Assembly: GCA_017651185.1 (NCBI GenBank)
Contig: JAGCDJ010000006.1
Span: 137,766 to 201,765 of the forward strand
Length of the DNA stretch: 64,000 nucleotides
Direction of reading: 5' to 3'
DNA from: Bacteroidales bacterium
GTDB lineage: Bacteria; Bacteroidota; Bacteroidia; Bacteroidales; ML635J-15
A program made the translations under genes and the position numbers. The notes beneath the pieces were generated by a model, which was not told the origin of the DNA, did not search any database, and saw only the letters and a list, made by a program, of their open reading frames with translations. Position 1 is the first letter of the stretch, and every line of letters starts with the position of its first letter. Shown here in pieces: positions 24,788 through 35,239 of the stretch.

Positions 24788-25022
24788 GGAATGTATGTTT
24801 CAATGTTTATGGATTTCTAAGTTTTTTAAGTTTCAAGTTGTTTGATAATTTGAAGATTTGATGATTATTATTTTGAGCACAGCGAAAAATATTTTTGCGT
24901 CTTGTCTGATATTTTACTTCGTTGATGGCTACTTGTGCTGAGCACAGCCGAAGTACGCCGTTCAACTTTTCAACTTTCACTTTTCAACTTTCAACTTTCA
25001 CTTTTCACTTTTCAACTTTCCT
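24788..25022. repeat. Low-complexity 'stutter' intergenic element, family member 2 of 3
   Basis: GTTTGATAATTTGAAGATTTGATGATT and TTTTGAGCACAGCGAAAAATATTTTTGCGTCTTGTC are shared with 15262-15509. GAAGTACGCCGTTCAAC and CAACTTT/CACTTTT runs are shared in style with 50089-50330. Confidence 0.65.
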
Positions 25023-26090
25023 TTATCTCATTATCACCATCGTTGCTCCAAATCCATATTCCCTGAACGAAGCATCTTCGTATGGCAGTTTGTACTGTTT
25101 TTCAAGCGATTCGCGGATTGCATTTTTCAACGTTCCGTTTCCGATGCCGTGAATTAGGACAACTTTCTCTGCCTTGTTCATTATAGCATCGGTCATCGTC
25201 TTGTGGAAAGTCTGCAATTGTATGTTCAGTATTTCCGCATTCGAAAGGCCGATTACGCTGTCAATCAATTTGTTGATATGCAAGTCAACTTCAATTGTTT
25301 CGGGTTGTTTGCGTTTTTGATAACGGTGCGAATTGTCTTCTTCTGCTTCGTCCTTGCGGGCAATCTGTTCCTCAAATTCCTTTTGCGTCTTTATGGAATT
25401 GCCAAGTCCGAGGTCTTCTTTCAGAAGTTCGAAGATGTATGCCTTTTCATCGAAGAAGTCGTTGTCAACAAAAGTGTGTTCCTGGAAGAATTTTATCGGT
25501 GTAATCTTAATTCTGCGTTCCAGCATCTCGTGGTAGGTACAATGCGGATTGTCGTACAGAATGCTTTGGATTATAATTTCCTTGGAGTTGTTGATTTGGT
25601 CGCGCGTGAGTTGTCCAACAAGAATTTTTGTATTTGGTTCAAGGGTTTCAGTATCAATTTTCTCGAATCCGTTTTCGCCACGAAGTACGATGTGGTAAAA
25701 TACAAAGTAGTTGGAGTCGTTCACAAGGTAGCAATCGAAGCCGTCGAACTTGTCGTCATAGTTGCGGATGAAGGCGAACATGTATTCGGTTTTCTGGTCT
25801 TTTTTGATTTCAATCTTTGGTTTGGGAATAATCGTGCCTTCAACCTTTTTTATGTTGTCCTTGAAGTTTTCCTTTATGTTTTCGACTATGTTGTTGGCAA
25901 TTTCCTTGAACTGCTGCTTGGAATTTTCCTTCGTCTTTTCTACCACGACAACCTCTGCCGCAGGAATCGGATATTCAAAATCGTTGTCGTCCCTGACAAC
26001 TATCTGATTTTTAGGAAGTATCTTTACAACTGTTCCTCCGCCAACATCGTTTAGGAACCTAACTTTATCGCCAATGCTAATTAAATCCAT
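25023..26090 (-). CDS. Smr-domain protein (DUF2027-type N-terminus)
   Basis: The C-terminal 'KVVLIHGIGNGTLKNAIRESLEKQY' is an Smr motif. The N-terminal 'GDKVRFLNDVGGGTVVKI' is SH3-like. Confidence 0.75.
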   Translation of the reverse strand: MDLISIGDKVRFLNDVGGGTVVKILPKNQIVVRDDNDFEYPIPAAEVVVVEKTKENSKQQFKEIANNIVENIKENFKDNIKKVEGTIIPKPKIEIKKDQKTEYMFAFIRNYDDKFDGFDCYLVNDSNYFVFYHIVLRGENGFEKIDTETLEPNTKILVGQLTRDQINNSKEIIIQSILYDNPHCTYHEMLERRIKITPIKFFQEHTFVDNDFFDEKAYIFELLKEDLGLGNSIKTQKEFEEQIARKDEAEEDNSHRYQKRKQPETIEVDLHINKLIDSVIGLSNAEILNIQLQTFHKTMTDAIMNKAEKVVLIHGIGNGTLKNAIRESLEKQYKLPYEDASFREYGFGATMVIMR

Positions 26091-26099
26091 AAGAATTAT

Positions 26100-26107
26100 T
26101 ATTTTTG
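26100..26107 (+). promoter_or_regulatory. Candidate -7 box (TATTTTTG) for queA
   Basis: Matches TAnnTTTG and overlaps the ORF-track TTG start at 26105, which argues for a downstream start codon. Confidence 0.4.
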
Positions 26108-26125
26108 CGCAAATTTAATAAAAAA

Positions 26126-27349
26126 GTGGTTCGCAACATTAACATAAACGACTATAATTACGACCTGCCCGATGAAAAAATCGCCAAGTACCCTCTTGCC
26201 GAGCGTGATATGTCGAAATTGCTTATTTTCGACGGCGAAAGGATAGAGGAGGACAGGTTTCGCAATATAAGCTCTCATCTGCCATCTGGCGGACTTCTGC
26301 TTTTCAACGATACCAAGGTTATAAATGCCCGAATGATTTTCGAGAAGGAAACAGGGGCGAGGATTGAAGTTTTCTGCCTTGATCCGATTTCTCCATCTGA
26401 TTATGCACTTTCTTTTGCCGAAAACAAGTCATGTTTGTGGAAATGTCTGGTTGGAAACAGCAAGAAGTGGAAGGAAGGAAAGTTGCGCAAGCAGGTTTGC
26501 GTAGGTGATGTTTCGCTGTACCTATATATTACTCGTGTGCGCGAAATTGGAAATTCGTTCGAGATACTTTTCGAGTGGGACAATCCCGATGTTACATTTT
26601 CGCAGATAATTGATGCGGCAGGCAATATTCCAATTCCGCCATATCTGAACCGAAACAGCGAAGAAATTGACAGCGTTCGCTATCAGACGGTTTATAGCCA
26701 CTATGAAGGTTCCGTTGCTGCGCCGACAGCTGGACTTCATTTCACCGAGCGGGTCATGGACGATATCCGTAAGCATGGAATCAATTGCGATGCCGTGACC
26801 TTGCATGTTGGTGCGGGAACTTTCCAGCCAGTGAAAACCGACAATGCTGCCGAGCATGAAATGCACACCGAGCATTTTGTCGTAAACCGCTCTACAATTG
26901 AAAAAATTGCATCCAACCTTGGTAATATCACAATTACGGGAACTACAACGGTTAGAACAGTGGAAAGTTTGTATCGTGTGGCGGTGCAAGTGTTTGAAAA
27001 TAAAGACAATGAAACCAATGAGTTTGCCGTTTCGCAATGGGAGGCATATTCGGGAAAAGAGGATTACGACGCAAAGGAACTTCTACTGAACCTGCTTTCA
27101 TGGATGGACGACAAAGGTTTCGACAGCATAAGGTGTGCAACGCAGATAATGATTGTGCCTAGATTCAAGTTTAGGATTGTCGACAGGTTGATTACAAATT
27201 TCCACCAGCCAAAGTCAACATTGTTGCTTTTGCTGTCGGCTTTCATCGGTGACGACTGGCGTAAGGTTTACGGATATGCGCTTGAAAACGGATTCCGCTT
27301 TTTAAGTTATGGCGATTCATGTTTGTTTTTGCACAAAAAAGAAAACTAA
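26126..27349 (+). CDS. queA: S-adenosylmethionine:tRNA ribosyltransferase-isomerase
   Basis: 'YNYDLPDEKIAKYPLAERDMSKLL' and 'TAGLHFT'. The start is uncertain: an in-frame GTG at 26126 versus the ORF-track start at 26105. Confidence 0.88.
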   Translation: MVRNININDYNYDLPDEKIAKYPLAERDMSKLLIFDGERIEEDRFRNISSHLPSGGLLLFNDTKVINARMIFEKETGARIEVFCLDPISPSDYALSFAENKSCLWKCLVGNSKKWKEGKLRKQVCVGDVSLYLYITRVREIGNSFEILFEWDNPDVTFSQIIDAAGNIPIPPYLNRNSEEIDSVRYQTVYSHYEGSVAAPTAGLHFTERVMDDIRKHGINCDAVTLHVGAGTFQPVKTDNAAEHEMHTEHFVVNRSTIEKIASNLGNITITGTTTVRTVESLYRVAVQVFENKDNETNEFAVSQWEAYSGKEDYDAKELLLNLLSWMDDKGFDSIRCATQIMIVPRFKFRIVDRLITNFHQPKSTLLLLLSAFIGDDWRKVYGYALENGFRFLSYGDSCLFLHKKEN

Positions 27350-28695
27350 TGATTGATTTTACGAATATAGAGAAACGCAGAGCATCATACGAAATATGTT
27401 ACATTTGGGTTCATTATGCTCTCAAAGCATTGTTTTTCCGCAAATTTGAAATCAAGGGAAAGGAAAATATTCCCGAAGAACCATTTTTGATAATTTGCAA
27501 TCACCAGAACGGTTTGATTGATGCTATGTTGCCAGTTTTTGGCATTCCAAACCATAGGATGGTATTCATTGCCCGTGGCGATATTTTCAAGAAGGACAAA
27601 GTTGCCAAGATTCTGAAATGGTGCAGGGTGCTTCCTGCGTTCCGTGTGCGTGATACTGGCAAGGAAAACCTTGGCGAGAACGACAAGATTTTTGAACTTG
27701 CAGCCAATATCCTCAACAATGGCAAGATTGTGGGACTTTTCCCCGAGGCGGCTCTGCAGTACGACAGGTCGATGGGTTCGTTCAAGAAGGGTTTTGCGCG
27801 AATAGCTTTCCGTGCAGAGGAAATTTCGAATTTTAATATGCACTTGAAAGTGCTTCCGATGGCGAACTATTACGAAAATTTCTTCAGCGCAGGCCACAAG
27901 GTCTTGCTCAACATTGGAAAGCCTTTCGAGTTTGGCGAATTGCTTGACACTTACCGCGAGCATCCCGAAGCGGCATATCGTCAACTTGCATTGAAGGCGC
28001 AGGATCATGTGCGTCCGCTTATGCTCGACATTGCCGACAAGGAAAACAACGCGCAGTTGGATTCGATGAGGGAAATATACCGCGAAGCCAAGCAGGGCAA
28101 GTCGGCAAGGCGTATGCGAATGTCGGAACGGTTGGCATCCGACCAGGCTATGCTCAAAAACTTTAGGAAACTAAAGGAAGAAAAGCCAGAAAAGTTTACA
28201 TGGTTTGTGGAGAAGGCAAAGTCGTATTCCGATTTGCTTGGCAAGTTGAATTTCAGGAACTGGCTGATAGGGAAGAAGTTGGGCTTTTTCGCAATGTTGC
28301 TTTTGTCGTTGCTGGCGCTTGTTTTTGCACCATTTTATGCAGTGCTATGGCTGTTGAACATTGTCCCGTACAAGATACCAGAACTGGTTGTCAAGAAGTT
28401 GAAAGACAAGCGAATGTCGGCATCTATGCGTCTGGGAATCGGCGCTGTTGTGTCGTATCCGGTATGGAATCTATTATTGTTTGGACTTTCGTTCATAATT
28501 CCGTGGCCGTGGTGGTGTTCCCTTATCTTTTTGGCATTGCTGACGTTTTTCCCGATTCCATTCATTGCACTAAGGCATTGGTTCTTGAAGTTTTACCACA
28601 GATGGAGATATTTTGCAAAACAAGGTAAGGATGCCGATTTGAAGCAGGCGATAAGTTTGAAGGCGGAACTTGTTGAAGAACTGAGATTGGTGTAA
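27349..28695 (+). CDS. Lysophospholipid/1-acyl-glycerol-3-phosphate acyltransferase family protein with a C-terminal TM region
   Basis: H(X)4D motif 'NHQNGLID', plus 'FPEAA'. I place the start at the ATG at 27349, which overlaps the queA stop as TAATG. Confidence 0.75.
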   Translation: MIDFTNIEKRRASYEICYIWVHYALKALFFRKFEIKGKENIPEEPFLIICNHQNGLIDAMLPVFGIPNHRMVFIARGDIFKKDKVAKILKWCRVLPAFRVRDTGKENLGENDKIFELAANILNNGKIVGLFPEAALQYDRSMGSFKKGFARIAFRAEEISNFNMHLKVLPMANYYENFFSAGHKVLLNIGKPFEFGELLDTYREHPEAAYRQLALKAQDHVRPLMLDIADKENNAQLDSMREIYREAKQGKSARRMRMSERLASDQAMLKNFRKLKEEKPEKFTWFVEKAKSYSDLLGKLNFRNWLIGKKLGFFAMLLLSLLALVFAPFYAVLWLLNIVPYKIPELVVKKLKDKRMSASMRLGIGAVVSYPVWNLLLFGLSFIIPWPWWCSLIFLALLTFFPIPFIALRHWFLKFYHRWRYFAKQGKDADLKQAISLKAELVEELRLV

Positions 28696-28758
28696 TAAAG
28701 GCTTTTTCTGTTTCGATTAATTTTGCACAAAGTTCTTGTGTGATAATGTTTTGTTTTG

Positions 28759-28766
28759 TATATTTG
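28759..28766 (+). promoter_or_regulatory. Candidate -7 box (TATATTTG) for the LRR/T9SS gene
   Basis: Matches TAnnTTTG, 30 nt upstream of the ATG at 28796. Confidence 0.4.
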
Positions 28767-28795
28767 TGAACGAAAAATCATAAAAGAATTTTGGT

Positions 28796-31513
28796 ATGAA
28801 GAGAATGTTTGCAATTATACTTCTGAGTGTCTTGTCTTGTGCTTCGGCATTTGCCTACGATTTTTCTGCGGTTTGTGAAAGTGGGCAGACATTGTGTTAT
28901 AAAATAACCTCGGATACCATGCCATATACGGTAGATGTGACTTATGAAGACGATGGAACTATATTTGACAAATCTTTTTACGAATTTTATGAACCGTCAT
29001 ATGATGATATTGCTGGAGACATTATTATTCCTTCTTCTGTTATTTTCAACGGTACTATGTATTCAGTAACGGGTATTGGTTCTCATGCATTTCGTGAATG
29101 TCACGATATTACATCTGTTACAATTCCTAATTCAGTCACAAAGATTGGCGACCAAGCATTTTATGGTTGTGTTGGACTGGCGGCGGCAACTATTTCTAAC
29201 TCGGTTACAATAATTGAATCTCAGGCATTTTATGGTTGTCGTGAATTGATGGAATTTACAATTCCTAATTCGGTAATAAGCATTGGCGAAGGGGTATTTG
29301 TTGGTACTGGATGGTTCAATAGTCAGCCCGATGGCATATTGTATCATGACGGATGGTGTTTGGGGTACAAAGGAGCCCAACCAACTGGCACATTATCTTT
29401 AGATGAAGGAACAAAAGGCATTTCTGCCTATGCCTTTAGGAATTGCCAAGAAATTACAAGTTCGTTGACATTACCCAATTCAGTTATAAGCATTTGCTTA
29501 TATGCTTTTTCTGGTTGTAGTGGACTGACAGAAGTTACAATCGGTAATTCTGTTAAGAATATTGGACTTGCATTTAATAATTGTAGCGGATTGACTACAG
29601 TAAATTTCAATGCTACCAATTGTACGGCTATGGGAAATTCTGTAACGGGTACTTCTGCATTCAGCGGCTGTGCGTCACTCTCAACCTTGAACATCGGAGA
29701 AAATGTTATAAATATTCCATCGTATGCATTTAATGGATGTAATGGATTAACAGAAGTAACAATCGGAGATTCTGTTAGAAATATAGGAAGATGTGCATTT
29801 AAAGGTTGCATCAAGTTGTTTTCAATGACAGTTCCTGATTCTGTAACCGAAATTGGCGACATGGCTTTTGGTCAAATTAGAAACATCCAATATAATGGCA
29901 CTGCAACAGGAAGTCCTTGGGGAGCATTGTCAATTAATGGCATTATAGACGGAGACTTGATATATTCAGACGAAACAAAAACAGTATTGATTGGGAGCAA
30001 CCCTTTGGCTACAAATGTTACAATTCCTAATTCTGTAACGAGCATTAGCGCTTTTGCTTTTGTCGGTTGTGCAAGCCTGGCTTCTGTTACTATTCCTAAT
30101 TCGGTCGTAAATATAGGCGGAAGTGTTTTTAAAGATTGCGTTAGCCTTGTATCTGTTTCATTTCCAAATTCGGTCACAAGCATTGGGCATTTTGTTTTTG
30201 AGAATTGTTCGAACTTAAATTCTGTTGTTATACCTAATTCTGTGTCAAACATTGGAATCGGCGTGTTTAAAAATTGTATCGCACTTGAATCTGTCATAGT
30301 GGAATCGGGCAATCAAATATATGATTCGCACGACGATTGCAATGCTATAATAGAAACTGCTACCAATATATTGATTGCCGGTTGTAAGAATAGCGAAATT
30401 CCCAATTCGGTAACATCTATAGGCAGTTATGCATTTTATGGTTGTAGAGACCTAACAGAGATAACTATCCCGCATCAGGTAAGGAGCATTGGAACTGATG
30501 CGTTTAACCATAGTGGTTTAATTTCGGTTATAATTCCCGATTCTGTTACAGTCATTGAACCAAATGCCTTTATGGACTGTCGTGAACTTATGTCGGTTAC
30601 AATGGGTAATTCCTTGGAATGTATTGGAGAATATGCTTTTATGCGTTGCAATGGTCTTACATCTATAGATATTCCAGAATCAGTTACGCAAATAGGACGA
30701 GAAACTTTTGCCGGTTGCACGGGCCTGACAACGGTAAATTTCAATGCAATAAGTTGTGTGTATTGTGGGAATAATTATTCTCCTTTATTTAGTCAGGCAT
30801 TATTAACAACCATAAATATTGGAGAAAATGTAAGGGATATTCCTGCATATATTTTTTCTGGATGCAGAAATCTAACATCAATAACAATCCCAGAGTCAGT
30901 AAAAACGATTGGAAACTATGCTTTTTATGATTGCGAAAGTTTGAGAACTTTAAATTATAATGCAACAAACTGTATAAGTATGGGAAGTTCTTATAGTTCG
31001 GCTTTCTATAGATGTGAATTAAGAACTATCAATATCGGAGAAAATGTGATAAATATTCCAGCACATGCTTTTTTAGATAACAGGTGGCTACAAACTGTCT
31101 ATTCTAATGCTGTAAATCCTCCTGCGTTACAATCCGATTCCTTCGACCCGAATCAAAATTATGCAATTCCCATCATTGTTCCCTGCGGTAGTGCATCCGC
31201 ATACAACAATGCCGAATACTGGAACAATTTTTCTAACATTCAGGAAGATTGTTCTGATGTTGAGGAAAACGAAATCGTAGATTTACAAATTTTCCCCAAC
31301 CCAGTTTCCAACATACTCAACATATCATCATCGGAAGAAATTTCCGAAATCGAAATCGTTAATGTGATGGGTCAGGTTGTATATCGCACGGAAGTGAAAG
31401 GCTGCAATGCGGTTTGCGATGTTGAGAATCTGCCGAGTGGGGTGTATGTGGTAAAAGTTCGCGCCCTTCGACAAGCTCAGGGAGCGACTTTGCGGAAATT
31501 CGTAAAGGAATAG
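28796..31513 (+). CDS. BspA-type LRR protein secreted by T9SS (type-A C-terminal domain)
   Basis: Signal peptide 'MKRMFAIILLSVLSCASAFA' and about 25 LRR units. The C-terminal 'LQIFPNPVSNILNISS...LPSGVYVVKV' is a Por secretion tail. Confidence 0.85.
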   Translation: MKRMFAIILLSVLSCASAFAYDFSAVCESGQTLCYKITSDTMPYTVDVTYEDDGTIFDKSFYEFYEPSYDDIAGDIIIPSSVIFNGTMYSVTGIGSHAFRECHDITSVTIPNSVTKIGDQAFYGCVGLAAATISNSVTIIESQAFYGCRELMEFTIPNSVISIGEGVFVGTGWFNSQPDGILYHDGWCLGYKGAQPTGTLSLDEGTKGISAYAFRNCQEITSSLTLPNSVISICLYAFSGCSGLTEVTIGNSVKNIGLAFNNCSGLTTVNFNATNCTAMGNSVTGTSAFSGCASLSTLNIGENVINIPSYAFNGCNGLTEVTIGDSVRNIGRCAFKGCIKLFSMTVPDSVTEIGDMAFGQIRNIQYNGTATGSPWGALSINGIIDGDLIYSDETKTVLIGSNPLATNVTIPNSVTSISAFAFVGCASLASVTIPNSVVNIGGSVFKDCVSLVSVSFPNSVTSIGHFVFENCSNLNSVVIPNSVSNIGIGVFKNCIALESVIVESGNQIYDSHDDCNAIIETATNILIAGCKNSEIPNSVTSIGSYAFYGCRDLTEITIPHQVRSIGTDAFNHSGLISVIIPDSVTVIEPNAFMDCRELMSVTMGNSLECIGEYAFMRCNGLTSIDIPESVTQIGRETFAGCTGLTTVNFNAISCVYCGNNYSPLFSQALLTTINIGENVRDIPAYIFSGCRNLTSITIPESVKTIGNYAFYDCESLRTLNYNATNCISMGSSYSSAFYRCELRTINIGENVINIPAHAFLDNRWLQTVYSNAVNPPALQSDSFDPNQNYAIPIIVPCGSASAYNNAEYWNNFSNIQEDCSDVEENEIVDLQIFPNPVSNILNISSSEEISEIEIVNVMGQVVYRTEVKGCNAVCDVENLPSGVYVVKVRALRQAQGATLRKFVKE

Positions 31514-31760
31514 ACCTCCATTGTTTGTTGCATATTCTGCCAGCCATTGTTAATAATGTGGTTGCTACCACCAAGGATATGCTAATGCTTTTTTAACAAA
31601 GAAATATTTGTTAACGATTATGTTTTTGATTTAAAGCTACTTGTAAAAAAATGTTATCGTGAATAACTCCATTCAAAATATGCTTTGAAACATTTTTGTA
31701 AGTGTCGAAAAATTTGTATCTTCGTGGACTAATTAAATGTAAAAATAAAAGAATAGAAAT

Positions 31761-33344
31761 ATGCAGAAATTATTATTGTTGGGAGATGAAGCGATAGCTC
31801 AGGCATTCATAGATGCCGGCGGAAGCGCAATCAACAGCTATCCTGGAACTCCGTCCACTCAGATTACCGAATATGTAATCAAATCAAAGGAAGCAAAGGA
31901 AAAAGGTGTTATCGCCAACTGGTGTGCAAACGAAAAGACTGCTCTCGAAGCATCTATCGGTGTTGCATACGCTGGCAAGCGTGCTATGACCTGCATGAAG
32001 CATGTTGGTCTCAATGTATGCGGTGACCCGTTCATGAACGCAGCTATCATCGGTACTAAGGGCGTGCTCGTAGTTGTTGCCGACGATCCAAGCATGTACT
32101 CGTCGCAGGACGAGCAGGACAGCCGTTTCTATGGACACTGGGCTATGATTCCAATGCTCGAACCATCGAACCAGCAGGAAGCTTACGATATGGTTTTCTT
32201 CGGTTACGAACTTTCGGAAAAACTTGGAACTCCTGTACTCTACAGAATTCCTACCCGTTTGGCTCACAGCCGTGCAGGTGTTGAACGTCGCAATCCGTTG
32301 CCACAAAACCCATTGACAGAACCAGCTGACGCTAGTTCATTCGTTTTGTTGCCGGCAAATGCTAAGCGCTTGTACAGAAACCTTATCGACAAGCAGCCGT
32401 TGTTCACAAAGTCGTCAGAAGAATCTGGATACAACATGTATTTCGATGGCGAAAACAAGAAACTCGGTATCATCACCAGCGGTATCGCTTACAACTACCT
32501 GATGGAAAACTTCAAGGACGGACATTGCCCGTATCCAGTTGTAAAGATTACACAGTATCCGTTGCCTTACAATATGCTCAGCAAGTTGTATGATGAGTGC
32601 GACGAACTCCTTGTTCTCGAAGATGGTCAGCCATTCATCGAAGAACACATAAAGGGATTCCTTGCTAAGGGCAAGAAGGTTATGGGTCGCTTGGACGAAA
32701 CTATCCGTCGCGATGGTGAAATGAACGCAGAAAAAATTGCTGCTGCATTGAAACTCGCTCCTGCAAAGGGAATGCCTGTTCCTGAATTGGTAACCAACCG
32801 TCCTCCAGCATTGTGCCAGGGTTGTCCTCACGTTGACAGCTACACTGCTTTGAACGATGTTATGGCTAAGTATCATGGTAAGGTATTCGGCGATATAGGT
32901 TGCTACACATTGGGCTTCAACATGAAGGCTATCGACACAACCGTTTGCATGGGAGCATCAATAACCATGGCAAAGGGTGCTGCTGAGGCAGGTATTTTCC
33001 CGTCAGTTGCTGTAATAGGTGACGGTACTTTCGGTCACAGCGGTATGACAGGTCTTTTGGACTGCGTAAACGAAAAGGCAAATGTTGTAATTATGATTCT
33101 CGACAACGACATTACCGCAATGACAGGTGGTCAGCCATCGTCGGCACACTGCAAGATTGCACAGATTTGCATCGGTCTTGGCGTTGAACCAGAACACATT
33201 CGTGAGATTGTTCCGCTGCCAAATAACCACGACGAATTTGTAAAGATTCTCGAAGAGGAGATCAACTACAACGGCGTTTCGGTAATTATTCCGCGCAGAA
33301 CCTGTATCGTAGAACTCAAGAAGCATATAGGCGAAAAGAAATAA
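31761..33344 (+). CDS. iorA: Indolepyruvate:ferredoxin oxidoreductase, alpha subunit
   Basis: 'LLLGDEAIAQAFIDAGGSAINSYPGTPSTQITE', the TPP-binding region 'GDGTFGHSG', and a downstream small iorB-type gene. Confidence 0.88.
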   Translation: MQKLLLLGDEAIAQAFIDAGGSAINSYPGTPSTQITEYVIKSKEAKEKGVIANWCANEKTALEASIGVAYAGKRAMTCMKHVGLNVCGDPFMNAAIIGTKGVLVVVADDPSMYSSQDEQDSRFYGHWAMIPMLEPSNQQEAYDMVFFGYELSEKLGTPVLYRIPTRLAHSRAGVERRNPLPQNPLTEPADASSFVLLPANAKRLYRNLIDKQPLFTKSSEESGYNMYFDGENKKLGIITSGIAYNYLMENFKDGHCPYPVVKITQYPLPYNMLSKLYDECDELLVLEDGQPFIEEHIKGFLAKGKKVMGRLDETIRRDGEMNAEKIAAALKLAPAKGMPVPELVTNRPPALCQGCPHVDSYTALNDVMAKYHGKVFGDIGCYTLGFNMKAIDTTVCMGASITMAKGAAEAGIFPSVAVIGDGTFGHSGMTGLLDCVNEKANVVIMILDNDITAMTGGQPSSAHCKIAQICIGLGVEPEHIREIVPLPNNHDEFVKILEEEINYNGVSVIIPRRTCIVELKKHIGEKK

Positions 33345-33369
33345 CCTTTTAATAATAGGAGAAATAAAC

Positions 33370-33939
33370 ATGAAAAAAGACATCATATTGTGCGGCGTAG
33401 GTGGCGACGGTATAGTATCGGTTGCCAAAATTATCTCTGATGCAGCACTCAACAAGAATTTGTATTTGAAGCAGTCCGAAATCCACGGAATGTCGCAGCG
33501 TGGCGGTTCGGTTTTCTCGCACTTGCGTATTTCCGACAAGCCGATTTATGCAGACGTTATTCCCGAAGGTCAGGCTGATATTATTTTGTCGAGCGAACCA
33601 ATGGAATCCTTGCGTTATTTGCCATTCCTTGCTGCCGACGGTTGCGTAGTTACTAACTCTGAACCTTTCGTTAATATCAAGAACTATCCTGATATGGACA
33701 AGGTTATGGCAGAAATCAAGAAGGTAAAGACAAATGTTGCTTTCAACGCAAACGAAATTGCTAAGAAAGTTAACGCTCGTTCAAACATGGTTCTGCTTGG
33801 TGCAACAATTCCTTTCCTCGGATTGGAACTTGCAGAACTCGAAGCTTCAATCCAGCGCATTTTCGGTCGCAAGGGCGAAGCTGTTGTTAATTCGAACCTT
33901 GCTGCAATAAAGGCCGGTTACGAGTTCGCAAAGAAATAA
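33370..33939 (+). CDS. iorB: Indolepyruvate:ferredoxin oxidoreductase, beta subunit
   Basis: 'DIILCGVGGDGIVSVAKIISDAA...EIHGMSQRGGSV'. Confidence 0.88.
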   Translation: MKKDIILCGVGGDGIVSVAKIISDAALNKNLYLKQSEIHGMSQRGGSVFSHLRISDKPIYADVIPEGQADIILSSEPMESLRYLPFLAADGCVVTNSEPFVNIKNYPDMDKVMAEIKKVKTNVAFNANEIAKKVNARSNMVLLGATIPFLGLELAELEASIQRIFGRKGEAVVNSNLAAIKAGYEFAKK

Positions 33940-33958
33940 TTTTTGAATTGTCATCAAT

Positions 33959-33994
33959 AAAAAAGTAGGCGAATGAAAATTCGCCTACTTTTTT
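33959..33994. terminator. Bidirectional rho-independent terminator between convergent genes
   Basis: A-run, then AGTAGGCGAAT-GAAA-ATTCGCCTACT (perfect 11-bp stem), then a T-run. Confidence 0.75.
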
Positions 33995-34017
33995 ATAACT
34001 ATAACTAAAAGTTCTTG

Positions 34018-34356
34018 TTAGAACATGTTGAGTTCCAACTTTGCTTCTTCGCTCATCATTGATGGTGTCCAAGGCGGGTCGAAAACAAGATTTATGTTCA
34101 CGGATTTTACTTCTTCAATGTTTTTTACGGCATCGCGTGCCCAGACAAGGAGGTCTTCGGCCATAGGACAGTTGGGTGCAGTCATGGTCATGTCAATCTC
34201 CACATCATTGCTGTCGTTTATATCGATGCGGTAGATAAGTCCGAGTTCGTATATGTTTACATTGATTTCGGGGTCGCTTACAGTACGCAAGGCCGCGATA
34301 ATTTCCTGCTGCAATTCGAGTTTAGTTTTCATTTCGTTACTTTTTTGAATATGCAA
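34018..34356 (-). CDS. DUF59/MIP18-family Fe-S cluster assembly protein
   Basis: 'VSDPEINVNIYELGLIYRI' and 'MTMTAPNCPMAE'. Confidence 0.8.
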   Translation of the reverse strand: MHIQKSNEMKTKLELQQEIIAALRTVSDPEINVNIYELGLIYRIDINDSNDVEIDMTMTAPNCPMAEDLLVWARDAVKNIEEVKSVNINLVFDPPWTPSMMSEEAKLELNMF

Positions 34357-34753
34357 GTGCGTAAATCTTTATCTGCTTCACCATCGAAAGCAATCCGTTT
34401 GAACGGGTGGGGGACAAGTGCTGCGTAAGTCCTATTTTGTCGATGAAGTACAGGTCGGCATTCAGAATGTCTTCTGGTGTCTGGTTCGACATAACCTTTA
34501 TCAGCAGCGATGCTATTCCCTTAGTTATTATTGCATCGCTGTCGGCGGTGAAAACGATTTTACCGTCAACATATTCCGCATTGAACCATACTTTCGACTG
34601 GCATCCTTTTATAAGGTTGCTGTCGGTGCGATGAGCCTCGTCAAATGCTGGCAGTTCTCCGCCAAGCTCAATGAGGTAGGCATACTTGTCCATCCAATCC
34701 TCAAAGACGGAAAAATCTTCGATTATTCCGTCTTGTATTTCATTTATTGTCAT
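34337..34753 (-). CDS. sufE: Cysteine desulfuration protein SufE
   Basis: 'DWMDKYAYLIELG' and 'LIKGCQSKVW' (active-site Cys context). Confidence 0.85.
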   Translation of the reverse strand: MTINEIQDGIIEDFSVFEDWMDKYAYLIELGGELPAFDEAHRTDSNLIKGCQSKVWFNAEYVDGKIVFTADSDAIITKGIASLLIKVMSNQTPEDILNADLYFIDKIGLTQHLSPTRSNGLLSMVKQIKIYALAYSKK

Positions 34754-34762
34754 TTCCCTGAC

Positions 34763-35077
34763 TTATAAAATGGCTTCGAGTTTTTCAATTAACTGTGCTT
34801 CTGGAACAGCACCGACAACGCGGTCAACAACTTTTCCGCCTTTCAGGTAAATAACGGTAGGCACATTTCTAATGCCGAATTTCATTGGCAGGTCGCCTGC
34901 TTCGTCGATGTCAACCTTTGCAACTATTGCCTTGCCTTCGTAGGTGTTGCTCATCTTTTCAATGTATGGCTTTATAACTTGGCATGGTCCGCACCATGTT
35001 GCACCAAAATCCAATACTACTGGCAGATTGGTATTGCCTATTAATTCATCGTAGTTCTGTTCTGTAATTTCTAACAT
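34763..35077 (-). CDS. trxA: Thioredoxin
   Basis: 'VVLDFGATWCGPCQVIKP', the WCGPC active site, 104 aa. Confidence 0.92.
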   Translation of the reverse strand: MLEITEQNYDELIGNTNLPVVLDFGATWCGPCQVIKPYIEKMSNTYEGKAIVAKVDIDEAGDLPMKFGIRNVPTVIYLKGGKVVDRVVGAVPEAQLIEKLEAIL

Positions 35078-35239
35078 ATTCGTATAATTTATTGTTACTA
35101 AATATAAAATTCCACTATTGCGCCAAAATCAACGCAGATGCAAATTTATTCTTATATTGTCAATATTTTTTCATTTTCGGGCGATTTTTTTTAACATCAG
35201 CGTATAATTTTGTTAATAGCAACTTTTTCAAACGGTTGA

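Noticed and set aside
25203-26054. 283-aa plus-strand ORF opposite the Smr/DUF2027 gene
   Set aside because: It has strongly biased V/F/L-rich composition with no motifs. The minus-strand frame carries a clear Smr motif and fits its neighbours.
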